The notes under the pieces: model-generated | The model's database searches: none | What the model was told of the DNA's origin: nothing | What the model saw: the letters and a program-made list of their open reading frames with translations, nothing else | Program-made: the position numbers and the translations under genes | Assembly (NCBI GenBank): GCA_951406725.2 | Contig: OX597814.1 | Location: forward strand, 83,948,001 to 84,012,000 | Direction: 5' to 3' | Length of the DNA: 64,000 nucleotides | Source: Octopus vulgaris | Taxonomy: Eukaryota | Shown here: piece by piece, positions 40,060-54,769 of the stretch | How the letters are laid out: each line of letters starts with the position of its first letter | How positions within the stretch are numbered: the first letter of the stretch is position 1

Positions 40060-41172
40060 CCGGTAACAACATGGCAGAGTTGTAGAAACATCCTATAGAA
40101 TATTTTGCGGTATTCCTTCCGGTTACCTGCGTTCTGAATTTAAATCCCATCGAACACGTCTTTGCCTTTCATTTTTTCGGGGTCGATAAATAAACTTCTA
40201 AAATAGAGACAAGGCCATAATGCTTTGGGTGTGCGGTTAGTCAATTAAATCAGCTTCAGTACTTGACTGGTACTTACTTTTTACTGACCACAAGAGAATG
40301 AAAAGCAAAGATGACCAGAGTGGAATTCGAGCTCAGAACCTAAAGAGTCGGAACAAATACCAAACAACAATTTTTCCGACGCTGTAACAATTCTAGTAAT
40401 ATACGCTTTCTGAGTTTCTGTTTGAGGTTTAAATTTTACCTACGTCGACTTTCTGGGGTTCGATAAAATAGTACAAACCAAGTATAGGGGTCCATTTGAT
40501 GAATTGTATCTCCCGCCGTCACAAATTATAGGCTGTGTTTCAATAATATAAATCAATTTATGTAGTGGTAGTGATGATAGAGTTCAGTTGTAGAACAAAC
40601 CACTGTGCTAAAGCTAGCATGAGCAAAAGATGGAGATTACCAACAAAATCGCTTTTATGAAACATCGTAGAATAATGAAAGCAAAAACATCAACAGTGAA
40701 GTTTGAACTCAGAATATTGAATCGCTAAATTAGATTCTGTAGCTTAATTCTTCGGCAACAAAAGAAATAGGCATGGCTGTGTGGTTAAGAAGCTCGCTCT
40801 GGAACCTCGTGATTTCGGGCTCAGTTCTACAGCATGGAACCTTAGACAAGTGTCTTCCTCTATAACTCTGAACTGGCCAATACATTGTGAGTGAAATTGC
40901 TAACGATTCTGCCAGCTCGCCGCCTTAAAGGGTAATACATATTTCTTTACTACCCACAAGGGGCTAAACACAGAGGGGACAAAGAAGGACAGACAAACGG
41001 AGTAAGTCGATTACATCGACCCTAGTGCTTAACTGGTACTTATTTAATCGACCCCGAAAGGATGAAAGGCAAAGTCGACCTCGGCGGAATTTAAACTCAG
41101 AACGTAGCGGCAGACGAAATACCGCTAAGCATTTCGCCCGGCGCGCAAACGTTTCTGCGAGCTCGCCGCCTT
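40060..41172. mobile_element. SINE cluster: old Deu/Nin copies on both strands, CORE-like 5' part (40768-40897), young long-tailed Deu/Nin copy (40940-41172, minus)
   Basis: Consensus matches as above. Confidence 0.85.
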
Positions 41173-41796
41173 GAACATCTATGTAATATTAAATCATCTT
41201 TAATCGCGAGTACTCACATCTTCTCATCGATAATTCAACTGAAAAGTAGCTGAGAAAAATAGGAAAGAATAGGTTATTTTTAGAGTGATGACACAAACTA
41301 TGATATTTCTCCGCTCACTGGTTTTTTCTCTCCATATCATCTATATTTTAAAGTTCACGAAACAATTCATAGTTGCAAGTTATGACCCTGTCAAAGAAAT
41401 TCCATGTAAAATGTTCATGGTTTCCTTTATCTTAAAGGTGTTATTATTGAGGACTTCTATCTGGAGTAAATACACTGAGACAGAATGAAAACAAAAGGGA
41501 AGAAGAAAAAAAGGTGTCTTTTTTCCTCTGTCTTGATATGTTTGAAGCAGTAACGGTATTAAATTAACACAACAATCCTGATGATTTTGATAAGCACTAT
41601 TTTTGAATTAATTTGAATTGATTTAATCTAATTATGCATTACAATTATATAACTATATATTTAGTGGTATTTATCTTAATGAAGCTGCTGCTGAATACAC
41701 TTAAAAGAATGAACTATATGTGGAATTTATACTTTACTGCTAAATATACATATGCAAACGTATTTTATATATTTTGGGTAAGTATATATATAAGTA

Positions 41797-41849
<53 letters not shown>

Positions 41850-41972
41850 GTATATATTTCTGGTAAGTATATATATAAGTATATATGTAGTATATATATA
41901 CTACATATATGCTTATATATATATTTACCAGAAATATATACTTATATATATATATACATGTGTGTGTATACA

Positions 41973-42024
<52 letters not shown>

Positions 42025-42236
42025 TAAACAAATAAACAAGGAGGGCGGCGTTTCCTCTTATTATCCAACTGAAACAAAATATTATCTCCAACACTCAACA
42101 GGGTATTCTCTAAGTATATGTACGTGTGTGTGTGTGTATACGTGTGTGTGCACACGAGTGTGTGTGTATTGAGAGCATGCATGTGTGTGTGAGTGTGTAT
42201 TAATATATAGATGTACATATCTATATCTATCTATCC

Positions 42237-42326
<90 letters not shown>

Positions 42327-42373
42327 ATCCACATGCACACGCACACACACACACACACAATGTATACACATAC

Positions 42374-42615
42374 ATTTGTATGGAAGTTCTTATACACTAT
42401 CTCTTGGACCCGCACGTGGATTATCAGCGATTTTTTCCCTCCTTCCTTCTTTTCCTTTTGGGCTTTCCTGTTTTTCCTGTTTCCGAAGAAGAGCCATGCT
42501 CGAAACGTAAAACGACTACTCTTTTCCTTCTCTGAGGATCATATTAATACTTTGCACTTCCTTACGTATGTTTTTTCTTTTTCTTTTTCCCCTGTTTTTT
42601 TTCTGTTATTTTAAA
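42374..42615 (+). mobile_element. Solo Penelope-like pseudo-LTR fragment
   Basis: Pyrimidine-rich unit between microsatellites containing a minimal hammerhead motif. Confidence 0.55.
42479..42513 (+). ncRNA. Minimal type I hammerhead ribozyme motif (U4C core variant)
   Basis: gttt-CCGAAGA-a-gagc[cat]gctc-GAAA-cg-TA-aaac: stems I and II and the palindromic ACGT stem III are all present. Confidence 0.65.
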
Positions 42616-42622
42616 AAATTAA

Positions 42623-42663
<41 letters not shown>

Positions 42664-42783
42664 TGTATATATACATATATGTTTATATATATAAATATAA
42701 AATATGTATATATCTATATATATAATATGTATGTATATGTATATATATATATGTATGTATGTATGTATGTATATATCTATCTA

Positions 42784-42833
<50 letters not shown>

Positions 42834-43099
42834 TAAGTGTATATATACGTGTATGCATGAGTGTGCGGGCCAACACAATCACACACACACACAAACACAT
42901 ATGCATAGACACACATACATGAGGATTATTATAAATATATGAACTTAGCAAATATGCAGATAAATCTATAAACCTTTCTTCCGGAGAAGAACTATTTACG
43001 AATAAAAATTGCTTAAAACAAAAAGCTCTAATAAACTGAATACGTACGACATGTAAAACTTAGAAGAAAATTTATACAAACACACACGCACTTACTAGT

Positions 43100-43195
<96 letters not shown>

Positions 43196-43503
43196 TACAC
43201 AGATACACACGTAGACACACACAAGCCGAGTTGTATGATACGTGATAGTAGAGTTCTTCGAAATTCGGTTGTGTTTTATTCGAAGGGGGAAAAAATGAAT
43301 ACACCTGGGGCTAATAAAAGAGAGAATCATTTTCAGAATATTTTCCTAGTTGTCAGAGAATAGTTCTCGTTCATTCTACCAATAAGACGGAGCTGCTTCA
43401 GCGAATCGACCAAAATATGTAGTATCATTTCACATAGAAACTCTAGCTACGGGCGACATAACTCCGTTTTGATTTTCGAAACTGATTTCGTGTCTCTCAG
43501 ACA

Positions 43504-43598
<95 letters not shown>

Positions 43599-43639
43599 CG
43601 TATATATATCCACTCACATATGTATATGTATATATGTAC

Positions 43640-43702
<63 letters not shown>

Positions 43703-43734
43703 AATCTATCAATCTATACATACATACATACATG

Positions 43735-43806
<72 letters not shown>

Positions 43807-44628
43807 TAGGTAGATAGATAGATAATGCTTAATGTATGTACGCATGTGTGTGTGTGTATATAAACACATACACAGGCATATAAGGAGAGAGTGAGAGAGA
43901 GAAGGTGGCGAAGCAAGAGATTGAGAGAGACAGGCAGGCAGAGAGACAGACCGACATAATTACATGCATGTCTACTTTTACAAAATTCTTGCTCATTGAT
44001 AAAGTGTATGTACATGCGTGTTTGAGTGAAGATATGTTTGTATCTGTGCCTGTGTGAGTATGTGCGTGCCTGCATGTGTGTGTGTGTGTGTGTGTGTGTA
44101 TAGGTGTGTGTGCGTGTGAACATGTGTGCGTCTGTTCAACTGACTGTAATACTGATGAATGTTTCATGAGCTTGCAGTGCTGAGTTCAAATCTCTCCCCT
44201 ATGAATAAATCCCAAGATAGACTTATCTACCAGCAAGGCTAAACACCGAGATAAGCTGAATTAGGACAGTTTAATAACTCTTTTTAAACTTTTCTCAAAG
44301 TATTAATGAAGTGAGTTGGCTTTGAAACTGTAGTGTATGACGTCTAAAAACGATACAACGTTCCTTTTATAATTAGCGATATTGTAATTATTGTCACAAT
44401 ATATAATTATATAAAAATCCACTAATAACTGCGAGCTGCGAAAAATTCTGACTTCGACTTTTATAAACTTCTAGCATACAAGTTTATCGAAGGATGTGAG
44501 TACAAAGTGTAACACATTTTCTTTCAAAGCCGAAACCAAAGTTATTGACATCTATAGACTCTAGGTTTTTATTACCCTTGTTACTGACGTAGGCCCTAAC
44601 TAGTTTTTGCTTCCATTATTATGGATGA

Positions 44629-44945
44629 GAAGGCGGCGAGCTGGCAGAAACGTTAGCACACTGGGGTCGATAAATTAAGTACCAACTGAGTACTGGAATC
44701 GATGTAATCGACTCACCCCACCACAAATTGTGCCTATACTAGAAAGGAATATTATGAATGAGAAGGCGGCGAGCTGGCAGAATCGTTAGCACACCGGGCA
44801 AAATGCTTAGCGGCATTTCATCCGTCTTTTCGTTCTGAATTCAAATTCTGCCGAGGTCGATTTTGCCTTTCATCCTTTCGAGATCGATAAAATATGTACC
44901 AGTTGAGCACCGAGGTCGATGTTATTGACTCACTCTCTTCCCCGA
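44629..44945 (+). mobile_element. Two tandem Deu/Nin-type SINEs (the first internally deleted)
   Basis: Two aaggcggcgagctggcagaa heads at 44630 and 44763. Confidence 0.9.
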
Positions 44946-45002
44946 CTTATGCAGTTCATTGAGTACCATACAATACAAAGCTATTGACCATCACTTACTA
45001 GT

Positions 45003-45036
<34 letters not shown>

Positions 45037-45482
45037 TACACAGATACACACGTGCGTGCGCACGTAAGCATAATAGTATATTTAAGAAGTTTGCTACAAA
45101 GTCAGTTTTTAAGTTCGTTCCCACTACACAGCATTTTGGCCAATTGTGCTACACTGCCTCGGCTTGACCAATACCACAGTAAATGGTGTCTGTACAGAAA
45201 CCTGTCGCGCGCGCGTGTGTGTGTGTGTGTGTGTGTGTCCGTCCGTCTATGTATTTATATGTCTGTCAAACACAGAGAAACGCTGGTTATATAAACTAAT
45301 GCTGTTTGAAAGAAGAACTTCGTGGTTTAACAATTCGATCTGACTGAAATATGTACTGTGGGAACGGCTAAAAGTCTTGTGGGCGGTGCTTCAGCATGGT
45401 CAAAGCATCCTGACAGAAACCAGTTAAAAAAATTGTCCGTGTATGTACACACACACACACACACGCACATACAGGTAGAGGT

Positions 45483-45566
<84 letters not shown>

Positions 45567-45890
45567 GATCAGAAGAACAGACGTGCTGACAGACAAATGG
45601 GCAGACAGATTGTGGTGTTTGAGTTATGTATATATACATATATGTATGAATGTACAAGCACGCGCGCGTGTGTGCGTGCTTGATTTGTGTTTGTATATGT
45701 ATTTATGTTTGCGTGTCTGGCTGATTGCGTGTGCGAAGCGTATAATACAAATAAAAAATAATAATAATAATAATAATAAAATAATTAATGAAACGGCATT
45801 TTCTTTTAAATGCAATTTCGACATTTTCGTTTCATTTAAAAATAAATACAAACACACATGTACGTTCGCACGCGCACATACAATCACACT

Positions 45891-45936
<46 letters not shown>

Positions 45937-45993
45937 TACAGATACGCACACAGACATATATATACACACACACATACAGATACGCACATAGAC

Positions 45994-46036
<43 letters not shown>

Positions 46037-47914
46037 CATACATATGTATTTATGTATGTATGTATGTATATACACTCACAAAATGCTACTTAAAACATAA
46101 AATAAACAATGAAAAGTGTTCTTTTTTGTGTGTGCGGAGATTTACAATCCAACCCATACAATACATCCCTACCTTAACACCAGCGTCAACAACAACAACA
46201 CCAACACACCACCACCACTACTACCACCATCACCACCACCACCACCACCAACAACAACAACGGTAATAACAAGCCTTTATTTAAGAAAAATAAGAGAAAA
46301 AATATCGAAAGAAACTTTGTTTTATATGAATAAAGTTTTTGTGAAAATTCCATACAAGGTAAACAATGTGAAAACATTTGAGAGACCGGACTGTTATAGA
46401 GGATAGCTGAGAGGGTAGGTGGGAAAAATGTTGAATTTAATTATACTGCTGAGTCGAAATAATAAAAAAGCTGGGACCGACAGAAAGTTAAGCTTGTTGG
46501 TGTTGTTTATGTTGTTTCATCTTTCTGTAGTTGAATAAACTTTAGCTAACGGGTGAAATATTTGGAAATGGGAGAGCGGTATAAGTAATAATTACCGTTG
46601 AGTATATTAATAGTAACTAGCTAGATGAAGAAAATGGTGTTGTAGGTGGCTGAGAGAGTAGGGTTTTCGCCCTTCTCCCCCTACCATTTTCCCGGGAAAC
46701 TAAATGCTTATAAATGCATTATAAGTACTTGCATTATTTTCTTTACACTACGAGTTCAAGTTCTTTCATTTCTCCAGTTATACTGATCTACCACCCAGGT
46801 TTTGATGTGAGAGAAGGCTGGCGACGTGGGTAGAAGCATAGCACGTCGGACCAAATACGAATACGGTCGAGTTTCACATCTGTATCATAGAGAGTTGATT
46901 AACTGAGATTATTCAGGCAAATGGTCAGCCGAAGCTCATCTATAAGTGTTTAAAATCTAAGAACAAGCAAGATAGAGAACTTCTATAAGATCAGTTGACT
47001 GAAAGTTTTGAACAATGTAACTCATGTAGATTGGAGTGGATATGGGCTCAATAGCCAAATGATGAACGCCCCAGGTACTTTCAGTCTTATTAGACCATCC
47101 AGCTAGGCATATTCTGTTTTTCTTTTTCTTCTTGTTTTCAGATTCGTTCAACTAAGTGCTTATAATATTTTGTTTACTTTCCATAGGTTTTGAGTTCAAA
47201 TTCTGTCCAAGATCATCTGTAACCCTCTTTTACAAATTTCAGTTATTTTCGTTAATTTGAGTGAAGGGCGATGCAGCGGCAGAAACGCTAACGAGTCGGA
47301 CTCCGATCACTAACTCGCGTTTGATATTTACAGATACACTTTATCTTTCATCCTTCTGGAAGTTGGTAAAATAAGTACCAAGCATCTCCTAATTTAGTTC
47401 AATCCACTATACTTCCCCCTCCTCAATATCTGGCTCTTGTACTGACGTAAGAAAAGTCTTACCAAGGTTATTTTTACCTGTGTTATTTCAGGGATGAAAT
47501 AAAGCAAGTACTACTCAAGTACTCAGTATATATGATCTGTTCCTTCACTTAAATCTGTAAACGTGTGACTATGTTAGAAATCAATATTATAATGGTAATA
47601 TTTGCCATTACTTTTCTAATTACACGAACGTTTAAAAGGCAGAATTTAAACGGACTGGATTAATTAACCAAACTATACTTAATCATTTTTATTGCTCTCT
47701 CAAAAGACACCAGCTTTATTCCCAATTTAAAAGGATTCCTAATGCCATCCACCCCCAACCTATCTTGAGGTTTAGTTTAAATAGAATTAGTAATATACAT
47801 TACAACTGAGGAAAGAAAAATCACCTTAAGATGTTGGAGAAATATCTTAGACAGTGGCTTTCTGAACAGTTAAGGTGCAGTCTTTTGAAATCATTATACT
47901 GGAATATACTTTTG

Positions 47915-48288
47915 TTTTCTTTTACTTGTTTCAGTCATAGGACTGCAGCCATGCTGGGGCACCACCTGAAAAGTTTTAGTCGAAGAGATCGATTCCTGTA
48001 CTTACGTTTTTAAGCCTGGAACTTATTCTACCAGTTCTTTGACGAACAACTCAGTTACGGAGACGTAACCAAACCAACACTGGTTTGTAGGCGGTGTTGG
48101 AGAACAAACACAAACGGAAGCACGCGCGCGCGACGAGCTTCTTTTGTCTAGCAAATTTACTCACAATTCTTAGTTCAGTCTAGGGCCATAGAAGAAGACA
48201 CTTGCTCAAGGTGCCACGCTGTGGGACTGAACCCAGAACCATGTGTTTTTGGAAGCAAACTTCTTACTACACAGCCACACCTGCGCCT
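47915..48288 (-). mobile_element. CORE-like SINE
   Basis: Reverse complement of the 34641 family. Confidence 0.88.
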
Positions 48289-48914
48289 AATGACCATGCC
48301 TGCGTCAATTCTTGATTTAATTTTATTAAAGACCCACCTTTTCAACAACGTAGGAATTTTAGAAACACCTAATTATATTTTTATTTATACCTGCCAAAAG
48401 TTGTCATAGTTGTGTCTAAATCATAGAAATTGGAAGAAATTTTTGAAAAAAAAAAAGAAAAAATTAAAATAAGTCACGATGGGTCTCCTTATTCCAAATC
48501 TCCGTTTTTTAAAGTTTTTATCAAAAAATATTTTATAAAATAATAGGTTCAACAGTATAAATTATTTTTCGAAATGTGGTCTTGTCAGATGGCAGTAAAC
48601 TTCAATGCGGCCTTCCAACATAAAAATAGCTTGTCACCTTTGTGTTGGCTTTCAATTCCATGACATTAATTTGCTTCGTTCTTAGTATTATATGGTTGTG
48701 GTTACATATTTTGAAGCAAGTATCAGGCATCTACTCAAGTCGTTTCAATAGAATGACTATATCCACCTTTCCTAAACACGTGACATTTGTGTTGCCGTGG
48801 GAAATATCACGCCGAGGTTAATTTTCCTTGTATTGCTTCTTGAGTAAATAAAATAAATACCATTCAAGTACACAGTCGATATAATTTATTGTTCCTTCAT
48901 CAAAATTTAAATTA

Positions 48915-49133
48915 AATAATGGTTTCAAATTTTGGCACAAAGACAGCAATTTCGATAGAAGGGCGAAGTCGATTACATCGATCTCAGTGCTTAACTGGTA
49001 CTTATTTTATCGATGTCGAAAGAATAAAAGGTAAAGTCGGCTTCGGTGGAATTTGAACTCAGAACGTAAAGACGGACGAAATCTCACTAAGCATTTCGCT
49101 CGGCGTACTAACAATTCTGCCGCTTGCCACCTT
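48915..49133 (-). mobile_element. Deu/Nin-type SINE
   Basis: Consensus match. Confidence 0.88.
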
Positions 49134-49839
49134 AGATTTTTATTAAACAATGATAATTTTCACACTAGTTTTCTAAATAAATAAATAGTTTTATGACTGG
49201 ACGGCAGAATTTAAGATGATCTGGATTACTTTGTCAAAATTACTGTTAATTGTATTTTCATATTGTTCCCTCATAAGATCCCACCTTTATTCATGATGAT
49301 TATTTGTTAAACCATTTTTAGAAAGGATCTGCCAACAACACAACTAAACAGGAGGTTGACAGACTCTATTCTGTCACTAGCAAACTGACGAGGAAGCCTT
49401 CGTGAAGTTGATCAAAATAGTAAACAAATCTCTTTATCACATTCTAACCCCATCCACAACTCGTTTATTTCACGAGTATGAGAAATAAATAGCTGTGGAT
49501 GGAGTGTCTTTGACCACAGGTCTGATTGAGCAAGACAGATCTCAGCTAAGCTACAAACAATAATCTACATGTAATTATCCCAACTTTTGAAAACGCATAA
49601 GAATGTACTCTTAGCTCTTAAGAAAGGAAATGGATTTAATACCTTCTTTTTTCCAACCTCATAAAGTTGGTGGAAATAATCATAAACTCCTCCGTGATTA
49701 CCATTACAAGTTCCATACGATCACTCATAAGTCTATCGCATAAGTCTGTCACATAAGTCACATAATAGTTGCCTGCTGTACACAAAAACCTCACCAAAAG
49801 CAATGTTGTTGCTCTAAACATCAGTATTACATTTGTGCA

Positions 49840-50032
49840 TAGTACGCAGGGGAAAATGTTCAGCGGCATTTCGTCCGTCTTTACGTTCTAAGTTTAAATT
49901 CCGCCGAGGTGGACGTTGCTTTTTATCCTTTCGGAGTCGATAAAATTAATACCAGTTGAGCACCAGGGTCGATGTAATCAATTTAATTCCCCACCCGAAA
50001 TTATGGCCTTGTGCCAAAATTTGAAACCAATA
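49840..50032 (+). mobile_element. Deu/Nin-type SINE
   Basis: Consensus match. Confidence 0.88.
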
Positions 50033-50545
50033 TTACATTTGTGCATGTCTAGCAGGAGAAGCTCCCAGCAAAATAACGCTCCACCCGTCGCTTATCTCCA
50101 GAATTGCAAGTTACCTATTTGACTACACAATTACAATTTGTCGCTATATCCGATCCATATTATATTACTCCCTGCTGTTATTCTTCATATTCAGTTATAT
50201 CTCTGAAAGTCTTTCCTCTTTACATTAACAGCTTGTTCACCATTACTTCTAAGCATATAGTCTCCTGTATATAATACCCTTCAATTCTTAGCGGTACGCC
50301 GATTCGTAAAGAAACGTCAGTCTCGTGCAATCTAGATACCCCAAGTCAAGCGTGCAATATTTCTAAGAACAGAAATACTAAAAATCTCCTCCTATGGGAA
50401 ACGGGCAACTTAATCTCCTAAAAAAAAAAAAATCAAAGCACAGTTCCTCATATCAAGAAGACACCATCTTTAATTATCAATGACACAAAAACACTTCAAA
50501 TTCTATAAAATTGCTATACTTTACAGTCCGAGATGAGATCTCATG

Positions 50546-50621
<76 letters not shown>

Positions 50622-50733
50622 TTGTGTGTGTGTATGCGCGCGCGTCTGTGTATGTATGTATGACTATGGCTGTGTGATAAGTAGCTTGCTTACCAGCCAC
50701 ATGGTTCCGGGTTCAGTCCCACTGCGTGGCACC

Positions 50734-52451
<1,718 letters not shown>

Positions 52452-52763
52452 GTATTTGTGTTGCAAGAAGAAGGTTATATCGGATTCTCATCTGTAGTCT
52501 TTTAGCTGAATAATTATGAGAGGCATCAGTGTTAGTTCGTTAAATCGATGAGAGGTATTCCAGCTGTGGTCTCCTCGTCTCCTTTTTTCTCCAGACATTG
52601 TTCCCAGGTAGATCCAAATTTGCAGGAGATTTCTCTACAGCTATAGTAAATGAAACGACCACATAAAACCTGACTCGTTCACCCCATGATAATAACAATG
52701 ATTAATAATTAACGATTCTGCTAGGAACCGATTTCACTAATTATTATTACTATTACAATTGGA

Positions 52764-53520
52764 AAGGCGGCGAGTGGGCAGAATCGTTAGCACGCCGGGC
52801 GAAATGCTTAGCGGTATTTCGTCTGCCGCTACGTTCTGAGTTCAAATTACGCCGAGGTCGACTTTGCCTTTCATCCTTTCGGGGTCGATTAAATAAGTAC
52901 CAATTACGCACTGGGGTCGATATAATCGACTTAATCCGTTTGTCTGTCCTTGTTTGTCCCCTCTGTGTTTAGCCCCTTGTGGGAATTAAAGAAATAGAAA
53001 TAGGTATCTCGCCCGTCGCTACCTTCTGAGTTCAAATTCCGCCGAGGTTGACTTTGCTTTTCATCCTTTCAGCGTCGACAAATTAAGTATCAGTGAAACA
53101 CTGAAGTCGATGCAATCGACTAGTCCCCTCCCCTAAAATTTCATGCCTTGTGCCTTTATTAGAAAGGATTATTATTACAATTGAGGTCGGTGGATAGCAG
53201 AATCGGTAGAGCACCAGAGAAATTTTCTTGTGGTATTTAGTCATGTTTCTTTACATTTTAGCTTCAAATCCCATCAGGTTTGACAATGCTTTGTGTTTTC
53301 CGTAGTCAGTAAAATAAGCATTAGCCAAGTACTGGAATAATTCAATTGACTGTGTTTTCCTACAAATCTATTCCTATGTGCCGGAAGAATCCGTAAAGCA
53401 ACGGACAAAATATTTTGCAGTATTTAGTATTTAGTTATATTCCTTTACGTTCTGAGTTGAAATGTCACCGCCGAGCTAAATTTTGCCTTTCATCCATCCA
53501 GGATCGAACAATAAATAAAT
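52764..53520 (+). mobile_element. Deu/Nin SINE array: young dimeric copy (52764-53175) followed by older copies
   Basis: Consensus matches; the second body restarts at ggtatctcg without a tRNA head. Confidence 0.9.
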
Positions 53521-53556
53521 GAATAAATAAATAAAGAAAGAAAGAAAGAAAGAAAG

Positions 53557-53695
53557 GTAGAAAGAGAGCAAGAAAGGAAGAAAGAGAGCAAGAAAGGAAG
53601 AAAGAGAGCAAGAAAGGAAGAAAGAGAGCAAGTCAGGAAGAAAGAGAGCAAGTCAAGAAGAAAGAAAGAAAGAGAGCAAGTCAGGAAGAAAGAAC
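53557..53695. repeat. 20-bp purine-rich minisatellite (gaaagagagcaagaaaggaa)
   Basis: About six units are visible. Confidence 0.9.
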
Positions 53696-54769
53696 GGATT
53701 CTAGCAGTAAATAAAGAATAAATTTCAATCAACTATTCTCCTTCCTCAAGAAATGTTAGTCTTTACAAATGTTAAAAATCATTATTATGGTATGGTGCAT
53801 TGCAGAAGCGGAAGAACGCTGGACAAAATGTTTTGCAATATTTATAGGGTTACTTAACGGTTTACCTTTTAATCTTGTTGTAGCTAACATTGCCTTTCAG
53901 TTTTCCAGCACCGAATAAGTAAATGTCTAGCAAGTCTTGAACAAATTTATACGACAGTACTCTTCTCACCAAATTTATGTTCCAATCCAAGTAGCTATGC
54001 CTGTGCTGCACCGATGTCAAATGTCAGGCTCGACGATATAAAACGGAATGGAAAACACAGTTGTTATTGTTGTTGCAGTTGGTTTTGTTGTTGTTTTGTT
54101 ATTGTTGTTGCTGCTACTGTTGTTGCTGTTGTTAAGCAACAAGACGGGTAAGGGTGATGGTCTAGGGCTTAGGCGCGGGAGACCCCAGACCTTGGAAAAA
54201 AAACTTTGGTCGTCTTGTTGTAGTCGAGGGCTCTTCGTTGACGCTCGACACCACTGGGAGGTGGCCCTCGAAGTCGCTGGAAATGGAGATTTCCAGGTCC
54301 AAATTCTTGAACGGCTGTTGCTGCTGCTCTTGTTATATGTTGTTTAACTCAAATCAATTCTAATCGAGAAGACTAATTTACCAAAAGTGTTCAAGCCGTG
54401 ACCGTCTTGTATTTTTTACGAGTATCTAGGATTACGCAATTGATTTTTTTTTCTTTTCATTAGTTAATACAGTAAGAGGACCATTATTACAGCATCGGAT
54501 AAGATACTTTCTGATATTTGTTCTGGTTCTTTCCAAACTGAATTCAAATTCTTCAATTATTAAATACTTGGTGGAGGTGGGTGGGATAAGATTTAATATT
54601 AGTCAAGTACCAGAGTCCATTTAATCAAATTATCCCTTTACTAAATTTCTAATCTTGTGTCTATAATAGAAACAATTATTTAGTATAGTAAGGAGTGATT
54701 TGTATGAGATCTAGATGCTATTTCCAGTTCGTCGTTTGATCATTTAGAGCAGAGATCTTAAGTATCGAA

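Noticed and set aside
45358-46266. Longest ORF (302 aa) and the many YI/HT/CV/LS-repeat ORFs throughout the window
   Set aside because: They are translations of stop-free microsatellites with no domain content.
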